Assembly: GCA_001778375.1 (NCBI GenBank)
Contig: MFGV01000075.1
Coordinates: forward strand, 2,354 to 66,353
Reading direction: 5' to 3'
Length of the DNA stretch: 64,000 bases
Source: Candidatus Firestonebacteria bacterium RIFOXYD2_FULL_39_29
GTDB taxonomy: Bacteria > Oederibacteriota > D2-FULL-39-29
Made by a program: the position numbers and the translations under genes. The notes beneath the pieces were generated by a model. That model saw only the letters and a program-made list of their open reading frames with translations. It did no database searches and was not told the DNA's origin. Positions within the stretch are counted from its first letter, which is position 1; every line of letters starts with the position of its first letter. Shown piece by piece: positions 17,951 to 26,167 of this stretch.

Positions 17951-19246
17951 ATGTTTTTTATGCTAAAAGACTTTTCGGAGCTTCTTAGAAAAAAGAGCAC
18001 TTTCTGGTTAGGGCTGTTCTTTTTTGCCAATATTATATACGCCCTCACGCGCCATTCGGTGGACTTTTACCAGTTCTGGCTGATCAGCCGTAATGCGATA
18101 TTCACCCCTGGTTATGACATATATTATGTTAACACGGACTTTTCCCAACCACTCTTCTTTTTCTGTCTGGTCTCAGCTTTCTCTATTTTCACCTACAAAG
18201 TAGCTCTTTTCTTCTGGAATATCATGCAGATGCTCCTGGTGGTCTTTACTATTATTATATCCTCAAATATCTTGGGATTCGGCGAACGCTATGACGGTGG
18301 CTGGAACCAGGGAAAGCATTTAAAAACAGGGAATTATGTCCTTCCTTTTATTCTCGGCGCCGTTATAATCTGTGACAACCTATGGCTGGGACAGGCAAAC
18401 ATCATCTCTTTCTTCCTCTGCGTTGCTGCTATCTACAACCATCTTAAAGACAGAAGCTGGGCCGTCGGGCTCTTAATTGCACTAGCGATTTCCGTAAAAC
18501 TAACGCCGGTCTTATTTTTGATCTACTTTCTATATAAAAAGGATTACGAAGTTTTGCCCTGGACCATCGGCGGTGTTTTTTTATTCATGTTCATGGTTCC
18601 TTCTGTGGTATACGGCGTACCGAAAACCATGATCTACCTTCAAGACTATGTCCGCGCAGTCATCATGCCTTTCGTAAATAATGACGTCGCTATCCGCGGG
18701 ACTACGGGGTTCTGGCATTCAAACCAGTCTATTGACGGCTTCTTAGGCAGGCACTTTACGGATTTCGGTAAGAATAATTATCCGATATGGGGCCTTCACA
18801 ATCTTATTGACCCTGCAAATATGACCCTTGTCCAGATAAAAAAACTCGGCCTTATCATAAAACTTTTCCTGGTAGCCGTTGCCGCTCTTGCCTTTACGAG
18901 CAGTAAAAAGAAAAATCCTCATTTGCTAAAATTTGAATACGCTCTTATGTTCCTGCTTATTCTTTTCCTGTCGCCTGCTTCCTGGTTAAATCATTTTGTG
19001 CCGGTTTTCTTTGCCTATTATGTCACTGCTAATTATATGCGGGACGATTCCAACAGTTATTTCGGAAGAATGTTCATGAAGATCAGCTTGATTATCTGTT
19101 TTACACTTATGGCTCTTTCTTCTTTGGGTAAGGATGCTCAAAGCTTCTCAGGGATGTTCCTCGGAAATTTCATTCTCATGATCGCACTATTTATAATTCT
19201 CTTTATCGAAAAATCAAGGATACGAAAAATATGGCAGCCTACTTAA
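17951..19246 (+). CDS. integral membrane glycosyltransferase-like protein, DUF2029/GT87-like (paralog 1)
   Basis: Multi-pass TM protein. DNLWLGQANIISFFLCVAAIY and SVKLTPVLFLIYFLYKKDY blocks shared with the downstream paralog. TTGTCA-17-TATAAT overlaps the first ATG; possible leaderless start at the second ATG (17960). Confidence 0.6.
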   Translation: MFFMLKDFSELLRKKSTFWLGLFFFANIIYALTRHSVDFYQFWLISRNAIFTPGYDIYYVNTDFSQPLFFFCLVSAFSIFTYKVALFFWNIMQMLLVVFTIIISSNILGFGERYDGGWNQGKHLKTGNYVLPFILGAVIICDNLWLGQANIISFFLCVAAIYNHLKDRSWAVGLLIALAISVKLTPVLFLIYFLYKKDYEVLPWTIGGVFLFMFMVPSVVYGVPKTMIYLQDYVRAVIMPFVNNDVAIRGTTGFWHSNQSIDGFLGRHFTDFGKNNYPIWGLHNLIDPANMTLVQIKKLGLIIKLFLVAVAALAFTSSKKKNPHLLKFEYALMFLLILFLSPASWLNHFVPVFFAYYVTANYMRDDSNSYFGRMFMKISLIICFTLMALSSLGKDAQSFSGMFLGNFILMIALFIILFIEKSRIRKIWQPT

Positions 19247-20478
19247 AAGCGCTTTTAAATAAAAAAACCACGCTATACCTTGCGGGTTTCTTTCTGCTTT
19301 TACTTGTTTATACTTTGACAAGACATACAGTGGACTACTTGAACTTCTGGAAGATAGCCAGGGAAACTGTTTACGGTAATATCGACCTTTATAAAAGGTA
19401 TATTGCCTTCTCGTACCCTCCGTTTTTCTACAACATCATAATCTTTTTTGCAATTTTCCCCGTTAAAGTATCCCTGGCGCTCTGGTATTGCTTTAGCGTA
19501 ACAATACTGACATTTTCGATAGCCATGATATTAAAGCTGATCTACCCGGAAAGTACGTTTTTCAGATTTGACTCAAAGAGCCGGACAAAGATGTTTTTAC
19601 CATTCATTCTCGCTCTCCCGATAGTCGCTGACAATCTCTATCTTGGACAGGCAAATATATTTGTCTTTTTCCTTTGTGTTTCTGCTATTTACCTGCTGGA
19701 AAATAAAAATCCTATAGCTTCGGGTCTTTTTATTGCTGCTGCTGCGGCAATAAAGCTTACCCCTGCATTTTTTATAATCTACTTTTTATACAGAAAAGAG
19801 TATAAAGCTGTTATCGCCACGCTAATAGGTCTTCCGGTATTTTTCCTGATTATACCCTCTTTGTTTTACGGTTTTGAAAGAGCGTGGTATCTTTCGGGAG
19901 AGTTCGTAAAACTTGTAGTATTTCCGTTCTTCAAGAATGACGCAATAATTAGAGAAACGGTTTACTATACACATCCAAACCAATCATTGGATGCCTTTTT
20001 GGTAAGACATTTTACTGACCTTGGAATTGTAAACTACCCCGGCTGGCTGCACAGTCATCTTGATATTTCGAAATTCTCACAGGAGCAGATGAAAAGGGTA
20101 GGTTTAATAGTGAAAGCAGTTTTACTTTTACTCTCTGCAGCTGCGCTTTGGAGAACAAGGAAGTTTAAATTAGTAGCAAGGTTCGAATACGCAATAGTAT
20201 TCTTTTTAATACTTTATATTTCACCTTCATCGTGGCTAAGCCACTATATTACGGTCTTATTTGCGTACTATGTTTCAGTAGGCTACATTACCGACATTTA
20301 TGCGGATAGGATCGGGAAGCTGATATTAACTCTTTGCCTCGCTTTGGCGATAATATTCACCTATACCGGAGTGAACCCCTTCATGCAAAGTTTTTCCGGA
20401 ATGTTTATTGGGAATTTTGTATTGTTTTTAGGGATGATATTTGTGTGTTTTAAAGAGTCATATAGAAAAGCGCTGTAG
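19231..20478 (+). CDS. integral membrane glycosyltransferase-like protein, DUF2029/GT87-like (paralog 2)
   Basis: Same conserved blocks (DNLYLGQANIFVFFLCVSAIY; AIKLTPAFFIIYFLYRKEY). Overlaps paralog 1 by 16 nt. Confidence 0.6.
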   Translation: MAAYLKALLNKKTTLYLAGFFLLLLVYTLTRHTVDYLNFWKIARETVYGNIDLYKRYIAFSYPPFFYNIIIFFAIFPVKVSLALWYCFSVTILTFSIAMILKLIYPESTFFRFDSKSRTKMFLPFILALPIVADNLYLGQANIFVFFLCVSAIYLLENKNPIASGLFIAAAAAIKLTPAFFIIYFLYRKEYKAVIATLIGLPVFFLIIPSLFYGFERAWYLSGEFVKLVVFPFFKNDAIIRETVYYTHPNQSLDAFLVRHFTDLGIVNYPGWLHSHLDISKFSQEQMKRVGLIVKAVLLLLSAAALWRTRKFKLVARFEYAIVFFLILYISPSSWLSHYITVLFAYYVSVGYITDIYADRIGKLILTLCLALAIIFTYTGVNPFMQSFSGMFIGNFVLFLGMIFVCFKESYRKAL

Positions 20479-20545
20479 AGTAAGTTTATAAAGTTAGTAA
20501 GGTTTATAAGGTTTGTAAAGTCTAAAATCCTGAAGGATATATAGT

Positions 20546-21997
20546 TTACTTAAATTTAAAATTTGTTTTCTTTATCATTGTTTTAAAGAGTTTCCATGCG
20601 TCATCCAATGCGATCTTTCCTGTCAGAGGATCATTTGCAAAGGCGGTGAAAGCAAGATCTTCGTTTTTTGTTAAAACTGATTTTAAGATTGTTTCCTGGT
20701 TTATTACATGGCGAAGGACAAGCTGTGTAACTTCTTCAGGTAAGGCTCCGCTCTCCACAGGTTTTACACCTTTAGAAGAAAATACGGCATTTGTTTCTAC
20801 AACAGCTCCAAGAGGGACTCCCTTGTGCTGGCCTTTATTCGGGAGATTTACATTAGTTGTAAATTTGCCCTTTCCTGTTACAGCTATCATCTGATTGATA
20901 TATTCCTCACCGCTCCCGTAAAGCTCTTGATGTTTGCCGGAGTTTAATGTTTTTGCAAACTGAATAGGAGCCTCTTTAAACCGTTTTATTCGGTAAGAGT
21001 ACGGGGTCAAATTAAAGCCCCATCTTTTGCATGAGTCCTTGCTTGACAAAAACCAGGGAACAAATTCTGAAAGGTGTCTGTCTCCGGCCGCCGCAATAGC
21101 TCCAAATCTTCTTGTCAGTATGTTAGAGACCTGGCTTTCACTGTTAAAATACAGATCTTTTTTTATACCTTTTGATCTCCCGAGTTTATTTGTGACCTTG
21201 GGAGTTTTTACATGATCCAGGTACATCTTAAAGAGGTCTATGTCTTTGTATTCAGCTTTGGTTAACCAGGTAAAGTGATTGATACCAAGTACATTAACTT
21301 TTATTTCTTCGCGGTCCGGTTTCTCTTCACCGGTTATCTTGCTGTAAATATCCGCTATATGATTTTGGGTGCCAAATACTTCATGACAGCAGCCCCAGGC
21401 TTTTATCTCCGGAAATCCCTGATATAAAGTTCTTGTGCAAATCGTCATTGGATTAGTAAAGTTAATACACCATGCTTTAGGCGCGTACTTTTTTATCGCT
21501 TCTGCAAAGAAAAGATAATCCTTAATTGTCCGGAGTGATCTTATATGCCCTCCGGGGCCTACTGTATCACCTACAGGCTGATATATACCATATTTCATCG
21601 GTTCTAAAATATCAACTCCCATGTCCTCTATTTTTCCGGGTTGTATTGACAGGAAAACGAAATCTGCGTCTTTCAGACATTCTTTAATATTTTTTACCGC
21701 TCTATATTTCCAATTTGACACTGCTTTTGGATTAGTCTGAAGCCAATTGCCATACTTCGCGTTAAAATCAGCTGATTTATAATTTATGTCGTAAAGTCTC
21801 ACTTCACCGTTAAAATGAACCGTTTGAGCCAGGTCATTCATCAAAGCGTGTGCCCAGCCGCGGCTTCCGCCGCCGATATAAGCAATTTTTAAGTCAGAAG
21901 GTTTACCGCATTCTACTTTCCGTATGATAGAGCTTTCCCCTTTTTTTTCTTTTGTAAATACAATTTTTGCCATTGATCCCCCGTTTAATATATTCAA
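20546..21997 (-). CDS. glycoside hydrolase family 4 (NAD-dependent alpha-glucosidase/galactosidase-like)
   Basis: Rossmann motif KIAYIGGGS, CINFTNPM block, GH4-like Cys-His region. Confidence 0.65.
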   Translation of the reverse strand: MNILNGGSMAKIVFTKEKKGESSIIRKVECGKPSDLKIAYIGGGSRGWAHALMNDLAQTVHFNGEVRLYDINYKSADFNAKYGNWLQTNPKAVSNWKYRAVKNIKECLKDADFVFLSIQPGKIEDMGVDILEPMKYGIYQPVGDTVGPGGHIRSLRTIKDYLFFAEAIKKYAPKAWCINFTNPMTICTRTLYQGFPEIKAWGCCHEVFGTQNHIADIYSKITGEEKPDREEIKVNVLGINHFTWLTKAEYKDIDLFKMYLDHVKTPKVTNKLGRSKGIKKDLYFNSESQVSNILTRRFGAIAAAGDRHLSEFVPWFLSSKDSCKRWGFNLTPYSYRIKRFKEAPIQFAKTLNSGKHQELYGSGEEYINQMIAVTGKGKFTTNVNLPNKGQHKGVPLGAVVETNAVFSSKGVKPVESGALPEEVTQLVLRHVINQETILKSVLTKNEDLAFTAFANDPLTGKIALDDAWKLFKTMIKKTNFKFK

Positions 21998-22026
21998 AAA
22001 CGAAATATTAAGATATAGAGCATGTC

Positions 22027-24102
22027 TTACTTAATCAAAGCGTTAATATTAACCTTATATGCAGGATAATATGTTTTTAAAATATTTACAAATTTATTGT
22101 TCAATTTATTCTTATTGATATTGCCGCCTGCATCTTTTAAATTTACTAATTTAATATATTTACCGCTAAAACAAGGTATTAAATCCACAAGATCAAAGTT
22201 TTTAAGAAACCCGTGTAAAATAATTTTATTATCATATTTGAACAGCCTTGTTTCAATAATATCCTGATAAGAGAAAAGCATATCATTAAGGATTAATTCC
22301 TTTATTTTGGGCTGTAATATTCCGGCACATAAAGCCCATATACTTGCTGCGCCATAACCGATTATTCCGATATTATTCTTATCCACATCTTTTCTTCCGT
22401 ACAAATAATCAACCCCCCGAGTTATATCAAATACCCTCATTGCCATTAAAGAAGTCCCCATCATGATTGTATCGTAGTTTAACTTGAATTCAGTACAATA
22501 AATTTCTCCATGGCCCCAGGAAACATTGCGATTTTTCACGGCGCCGACCCCTCTCGGATCAAATACTAAAACAGAATATCCTTTATTTGTAAAACTTTTA
22601 ATTATAGAGAGTTTACTCTCAGCTTCGCTTGTGCCGCCTTCTAAAAGCAATATATATGTTTTGCCGGGTGTTTTTATTTCTAGTGGTTTAAAATAATAAG
22701 CAGTTGCGATGATATCTTTTTCAGCGAAGAAAAACAGACTTTCAATAATATGATCTTTTGTCGTTTCGCTGGAAATTATTCTGGGAAATATCTTCTCCCT
22801 GGAGGCATTAAATTGCAGTAAATTTATCAGCTTCGCCCGGGTTTCTTCAATATAAATATTTAGGGATTTTCCGGTCTTAATAATATTTCTTTCAGGCGCG
22901 TTTTCTTTTGAGAAAGTTTCATTCAGATTATATACCTTATTAGAATCAGGAAATTTATCCAAAATTTGCCCGGTTTGCGTACAATTAAGTTTCGCGGGTT
23001 CTTCTGTTGCAATATTCTTGCTTGTTACAAAATTCATAGGTTCATTTTTAAGATGTTTTTTAAACCAGTTAACCGAGGCCTGTCTTAACACATCAGAATA
23101 AAGATGAACGCTGTCATCTATTACGAGATTTATATTATTTCCGGCTCCATAAAGCGAATAAATCTTTTTTGCTCTTTCAAATGATTTTATTGTTCCTTCT
23201 ATACAGAAGAAATCATAGGATACCGCGCCGATCTGAACGGGTTTTGGCGCCAGAGCCGTCATTATATCATCATGATTAAATCCGTTTTTAACCGCGCCGA
23301 AGATATTCTGTTCGGCATCATGCGACTGCATTGTTTTCATGTATTCGTATCTGTTTGTCAAATAAGTACAGGGGACTGCGCATTTTATTCTTTCATCCGT
23401 CATCATAAGATATGAAGTTTGTGTTCCTCCGCCGGAATTCCCGGTTATCCCAATTCTATCTTTATCAACCTCAGGCCTGCTTATTAAATAATCAATACCT
23501 CTTATTCCGTCCCAAATAAAATACCTTGCTATGCAGGACCCTTCTATAATGTTTTGAGCGCCGGCATAACTATGTTCGATAACCCCCCATTCAACATCTG
23601 TTTTTTTTGTTTTCGGGTTGTAATACTGCATTCTTTCGCCCTGTCCGATAGGATCTGTTGTTAAAACCACAAAACCGTTATTTACAAGGTCAATACAGAC
23701 TTTCTGATAAACCGGGTAAGATTTTGCCTCAAATGCATGCCCGCAGACAAGTAAGATACCGGGAGCTTTACCTTTTAGTTTTTCGGGAACATAAAGATTT
23801 GAAGTAACATAAAATTCGGGCTGACTCTGAAATACTATTTTTTCTATCCTGTAGTTCTCTTTTTTTATTACACCAGAACATATGGGGTTTAGCGGTGTTT
23901 TTTTGCCAGGAAGCCCTCCAATTGCGGCAAGGAATGAATTTTTAATATTTTTTCGTCTTTTTTCAAATTCTTTTACAGTTGTAATGCGGGATTTTTCAAG
24001 CGCTTCCTTTTCAAAAAAAGCTTCCGCTTTCTTAAGAAGGTAATGAGACAGCTGGTCTTTTACATCATAATACCCTTGGGTGAAATCTCCAAACTTATGC
24101 AT
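22027..24102 (-). CDS. alpha/beta hydrolase (acetyl-xylan esterase / peptidase S9-like), tandem domain
   Basis: GITGNSGGG nucleophile elbow (GxSxG) in the first half. Second alpha/beta-like half has the degenerate motif GIIGYGAAS. 691 aa. Confidence 0.55.
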   Translation of the reverse strand: MHKFGDFTQGYYDVKDQLSHYLLKKAEAFFEKEALEKSRITTVKEFEKRRKNIKNSFLAAIGGLPGKKTPLNPICSGVIKKENYRIEKIVFQSQPEFYVTSNLYVPEKLKGKAPGILLVCGHAFEAKSYPVYQKVCIDLVNNGFVVLTTDPIGQGERMQYYNPKTKKTDVEWGVIEHSYAGAQNIIEGSCIARYFIWDGIRGIDYLISRPEVDKDRIGITGNSGGGTQTSYLMMTDERIKCAVPCTYLTNRYEYMKTMQSHDAEQNIFGAVKNGFNHDDIMTALAPKPVQIGAVSYDFFCIEGTIKSFERAKKIYSLYGAGNNINLVIDDSVHLYSDVLRQASVNWFKKHLKNEPMNFVTSKNIATEEPAKLNCTQTGQILDKFPDSNKVYNLNETFSKENAPERNIIKTGKSLNIYIEETRAKLINLLQFNASREKIFPRIISSETTKDHIIESLFFFAEKDIIATAYYFKPLEIKTPGKTYILLLEGGTSEAESKLSIIKSFTNKGYSVLVFDPRGVGAVKNRNVSWGHGEIYCTEFKLNYDTIMMGTSLMAMRVFDITRGVDYLYGRKDVDKNNIGIIGYGAASIWALCAGILQPKIKELILNDMLFSYQDIIETRLFKYDNKIILHGFLKNFDLVDLIPCFSGKYIKLVNLKDAGGNINKNKLNNKFVNILKTYYPAYKVNINALIK

Positions 24103-24135
24103 AATAAAATGCTCCTGGTATTACTCTAGTTACTT

Positions 24136-24516
24136 CTAAATATTTGAAAATTTACTTTCTAGATTTTTTTCTAAATCTGACATTTTCTCGTCAATAGTTA
24201 CCGCTTTCGCTTCTTTTTTTGCTTCCTTCCCCTGCTCTACATTAATATTTTTATCTTTCAACCCGGCAAGGCTGTCTTTGTAAGCTTGCAGGATTCTATT
24301 TTCTATCATTATTCTGGTTTCATTGTTTAACGGATGTGCAATATCTTTGAATGAACCATCCGGTTTTTTCCTCGAAGGCATAGATATAAACATCCCTGTA
24401 TTTCCTTGTATTACTTTTAGATCACGTATTACAAAACAGTCATCTATTGTTATTGTTGCATAAGCTTTTAATTTTTCTTCATTCCTTAAGTGTAGTTTTA
24501 CTTCTGTGATTTCCAT
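24136..24516 (-). CDS. spoVG: septation/regulatory protein SpoVG
   Basis: MEITEVKLHLRNEEKLKAYATITIDDCFVIRDLKVIQG. Start trimmed to MEITEV, which has RBS AAAGGAG. Confidence 0.85.
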   Translation of the reverse strand: MEITEVKLHLRNEEKLKAYATITIDDCFVIRDLKVIQGNTGMFISMPSRKKPDGSFKDIAHPLNNETRIMIENRILQAYKDSLAGLKDKNINVEQGKEAKKEAKAVTIDEKMSDLEKNLESKFSNI

Positions 24517-24701
24517 TAGAACTCCTTTAGAAATAGATTCCACTTCCGCCAGTTATTAGGGCGGATCTTTTGAGGAGATTACAAAGCTACCGGATTCCAC
24601 TGATATAGACAGAAGAACATCCATAAAGGTCCGCAACGTCTTACATTATCGCGGCATTAACATATTCAATAACTCCTAAACGTAAACCTAATCCCCAGAA
24701 C

Positions 24702-25577
24702 CTAGGACCCAGCACCTGTTTTTACTGTTTTTGCCGGAATTACCCGTTCATACTTTTCTTTGAGCTTGCTTGCTATATATTCTGCTTTAGCCTTTGATTC
24801 AGCTACTCCAAAAACTGTCGGGCCGCTTCCGCTCATAAGAGCTCCGATTGCTCCGGCTTCAAGTAAATCTTTTTTTACCTTGAATAAAACAGGGAAAAAC
24901 TTTGCAGCCGGGACTTCCAGATTGTTATAAAGTAACTTTACCAGGTCACCTCCTTTTGCTTCTTTGACTAATTTAAATTCTTCCAGTTTTTTATCAGATA
25001 CTTTGGCGTTTGTCAATGTATTTGTAAATTCCGAATAAATCCTGCCGGTGGAAGGCTTATTCCCTTCTATTACGAGAACAACCCAGGTGTCAGCTACAGG
25101 TCTAAAATCTGTCAGTATTTCACCTCTTCCCTCTCCAAGTACAGTACCGCCTTTTAACAGAAAAGGTACGTCACTTCCCAGTTCTAGTGCAAGTTCCTCC
25201 AGTTTACTTTCGCTATATTTTAAACCAAATATCCGGTTACAACCGTTTAAAACAACCGCCGCATTACTGCTTCCACCGCCAAGTCCGGCGGTTACAGGAA
25301 TATTTTTTTTAATAATTATATTTAAACCTGTTTTAATCTTATTTTTCTTTAAGATGAGTTCTGCAGCTTTGTAGGCAATGTTCCTGTTGTCAAGCGGAAC
25401 TTCAGGATGGTTGCAAATAAGAGTTATATCACTTGAGGTTTTTGATATTGTAACTTCATCAGCAAGATCTATTGTCTGAAAAATGGTTTTAATATTATGA
25501 TAACCGTCCGGACGTTTGCTTCCCGCTTTCAGATACAGGTTAATCTTTGCAAACGACTTGAGCGTTATTTGTTCCAT
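24702..25577 (-). CDS. ispE: 4-diphosphocytidyl-2-C-methyl-D-erythritol kinase
   Basis: GHMP kinase motif PVTAGLGGGSSNAA; N-terminal KINLYL block. Confidence 0.85.
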   Translation of the reverse strand: MEQITLKSFAKINLYLKAGSKRPDGYHNIKTIFQTIDLADEVTISKTSSDITLICNHPEVPLDNRNIAYKAAELILKKNKIKTGLNIIIKKNIPVTAGLGGGSSNAAVVLNGCNRIFGLKYSESKLEELALELGSDVPFLLKGGTVLGEGRGEILTDFRPVADTWVVLVIEGNKPSTGRIYSEFTNTLTNAKVSDKKLEEFKLVKEAKGGDLVKLLYNNLEVPAAKFFPVLFKVKKDLLEAGAIGALMSGSGPTVFGVAESKAKAEYIASKLKEKYERVIPAKTVKTGAGS

Positions 25578-26167
25578 TTAGAAAAATACCTGTTAATCTC
25601 TGATTCGCTTATTCTGCGCGCCTTCTTTGGCGGTGTTAACTCAAAAATACTGTCCGGAATATCTTTGTCCAGGATAGGATCCGTAAATGAAAAAGAAAAT
25701 TTGTATTCACCCGAGCTGAATTCAGCTGCAGCCAAATCCGGAGATTCCGTCGTTTTCCTTGTAAAAACGGAATTTATATCAAGTCCTTTTATTTTAAGTT
25801 TACCGGTTTTATTTAATAAGATCGAAGCTAAAGAATCAGAGTCGGAATCAAATATTTCCCCTTCAAAATAAGCATTGTCCTGAACAAAGTATGCCTGAAT
25901 TTTATTGCCTTTTGAGGTCATCATAAAAAAAGGTTCATTGAAGAATCCCTTTATTTCAAAACGGAGCATGTCGGGAGATTTAACTGCCAGTATGGATTTT
26001 TTTTTGATTTTTGTACCGGGACAGGAATAAGTTGCCATTACGGAAGATTTTAGAGTTTTTATCTTTATAGCTTCAGTTGGTTTAACCTGAGGGCCTCCGC
26101 ATCCTGAAATAAGCAGGGCAATAATTATTGAAGTACTATTTAGACTCAGACTTTTTAAGTTCATCAA
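25565..26167 (-). CDS. lipoprotein, possibly LolB-like
   Basis: Lipobox LISGC. ~200 aa and immediately upstream of ispE, as lolB is in the conserved lolB-ispE arrangement. Confidence 0.4.
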   Translation of the reverse strand: MMNLKSLSLNSTSIIIALLISGCGGPQVKPTEAIKIKTLKSSVMATYSCPGTKIKKKSILAVKSPDMLRFEIKGFFNEPFFMMTSKGNKIQAYFVQDNAYFEGEIFDSDSDSLASILLNKTGKLKIKGLDINSVFTRKTTESPDLAAAEFSSGEYKFSFSFTDPILDKDIPDSIFELTPPKKARRISESEINRYFSKWNK

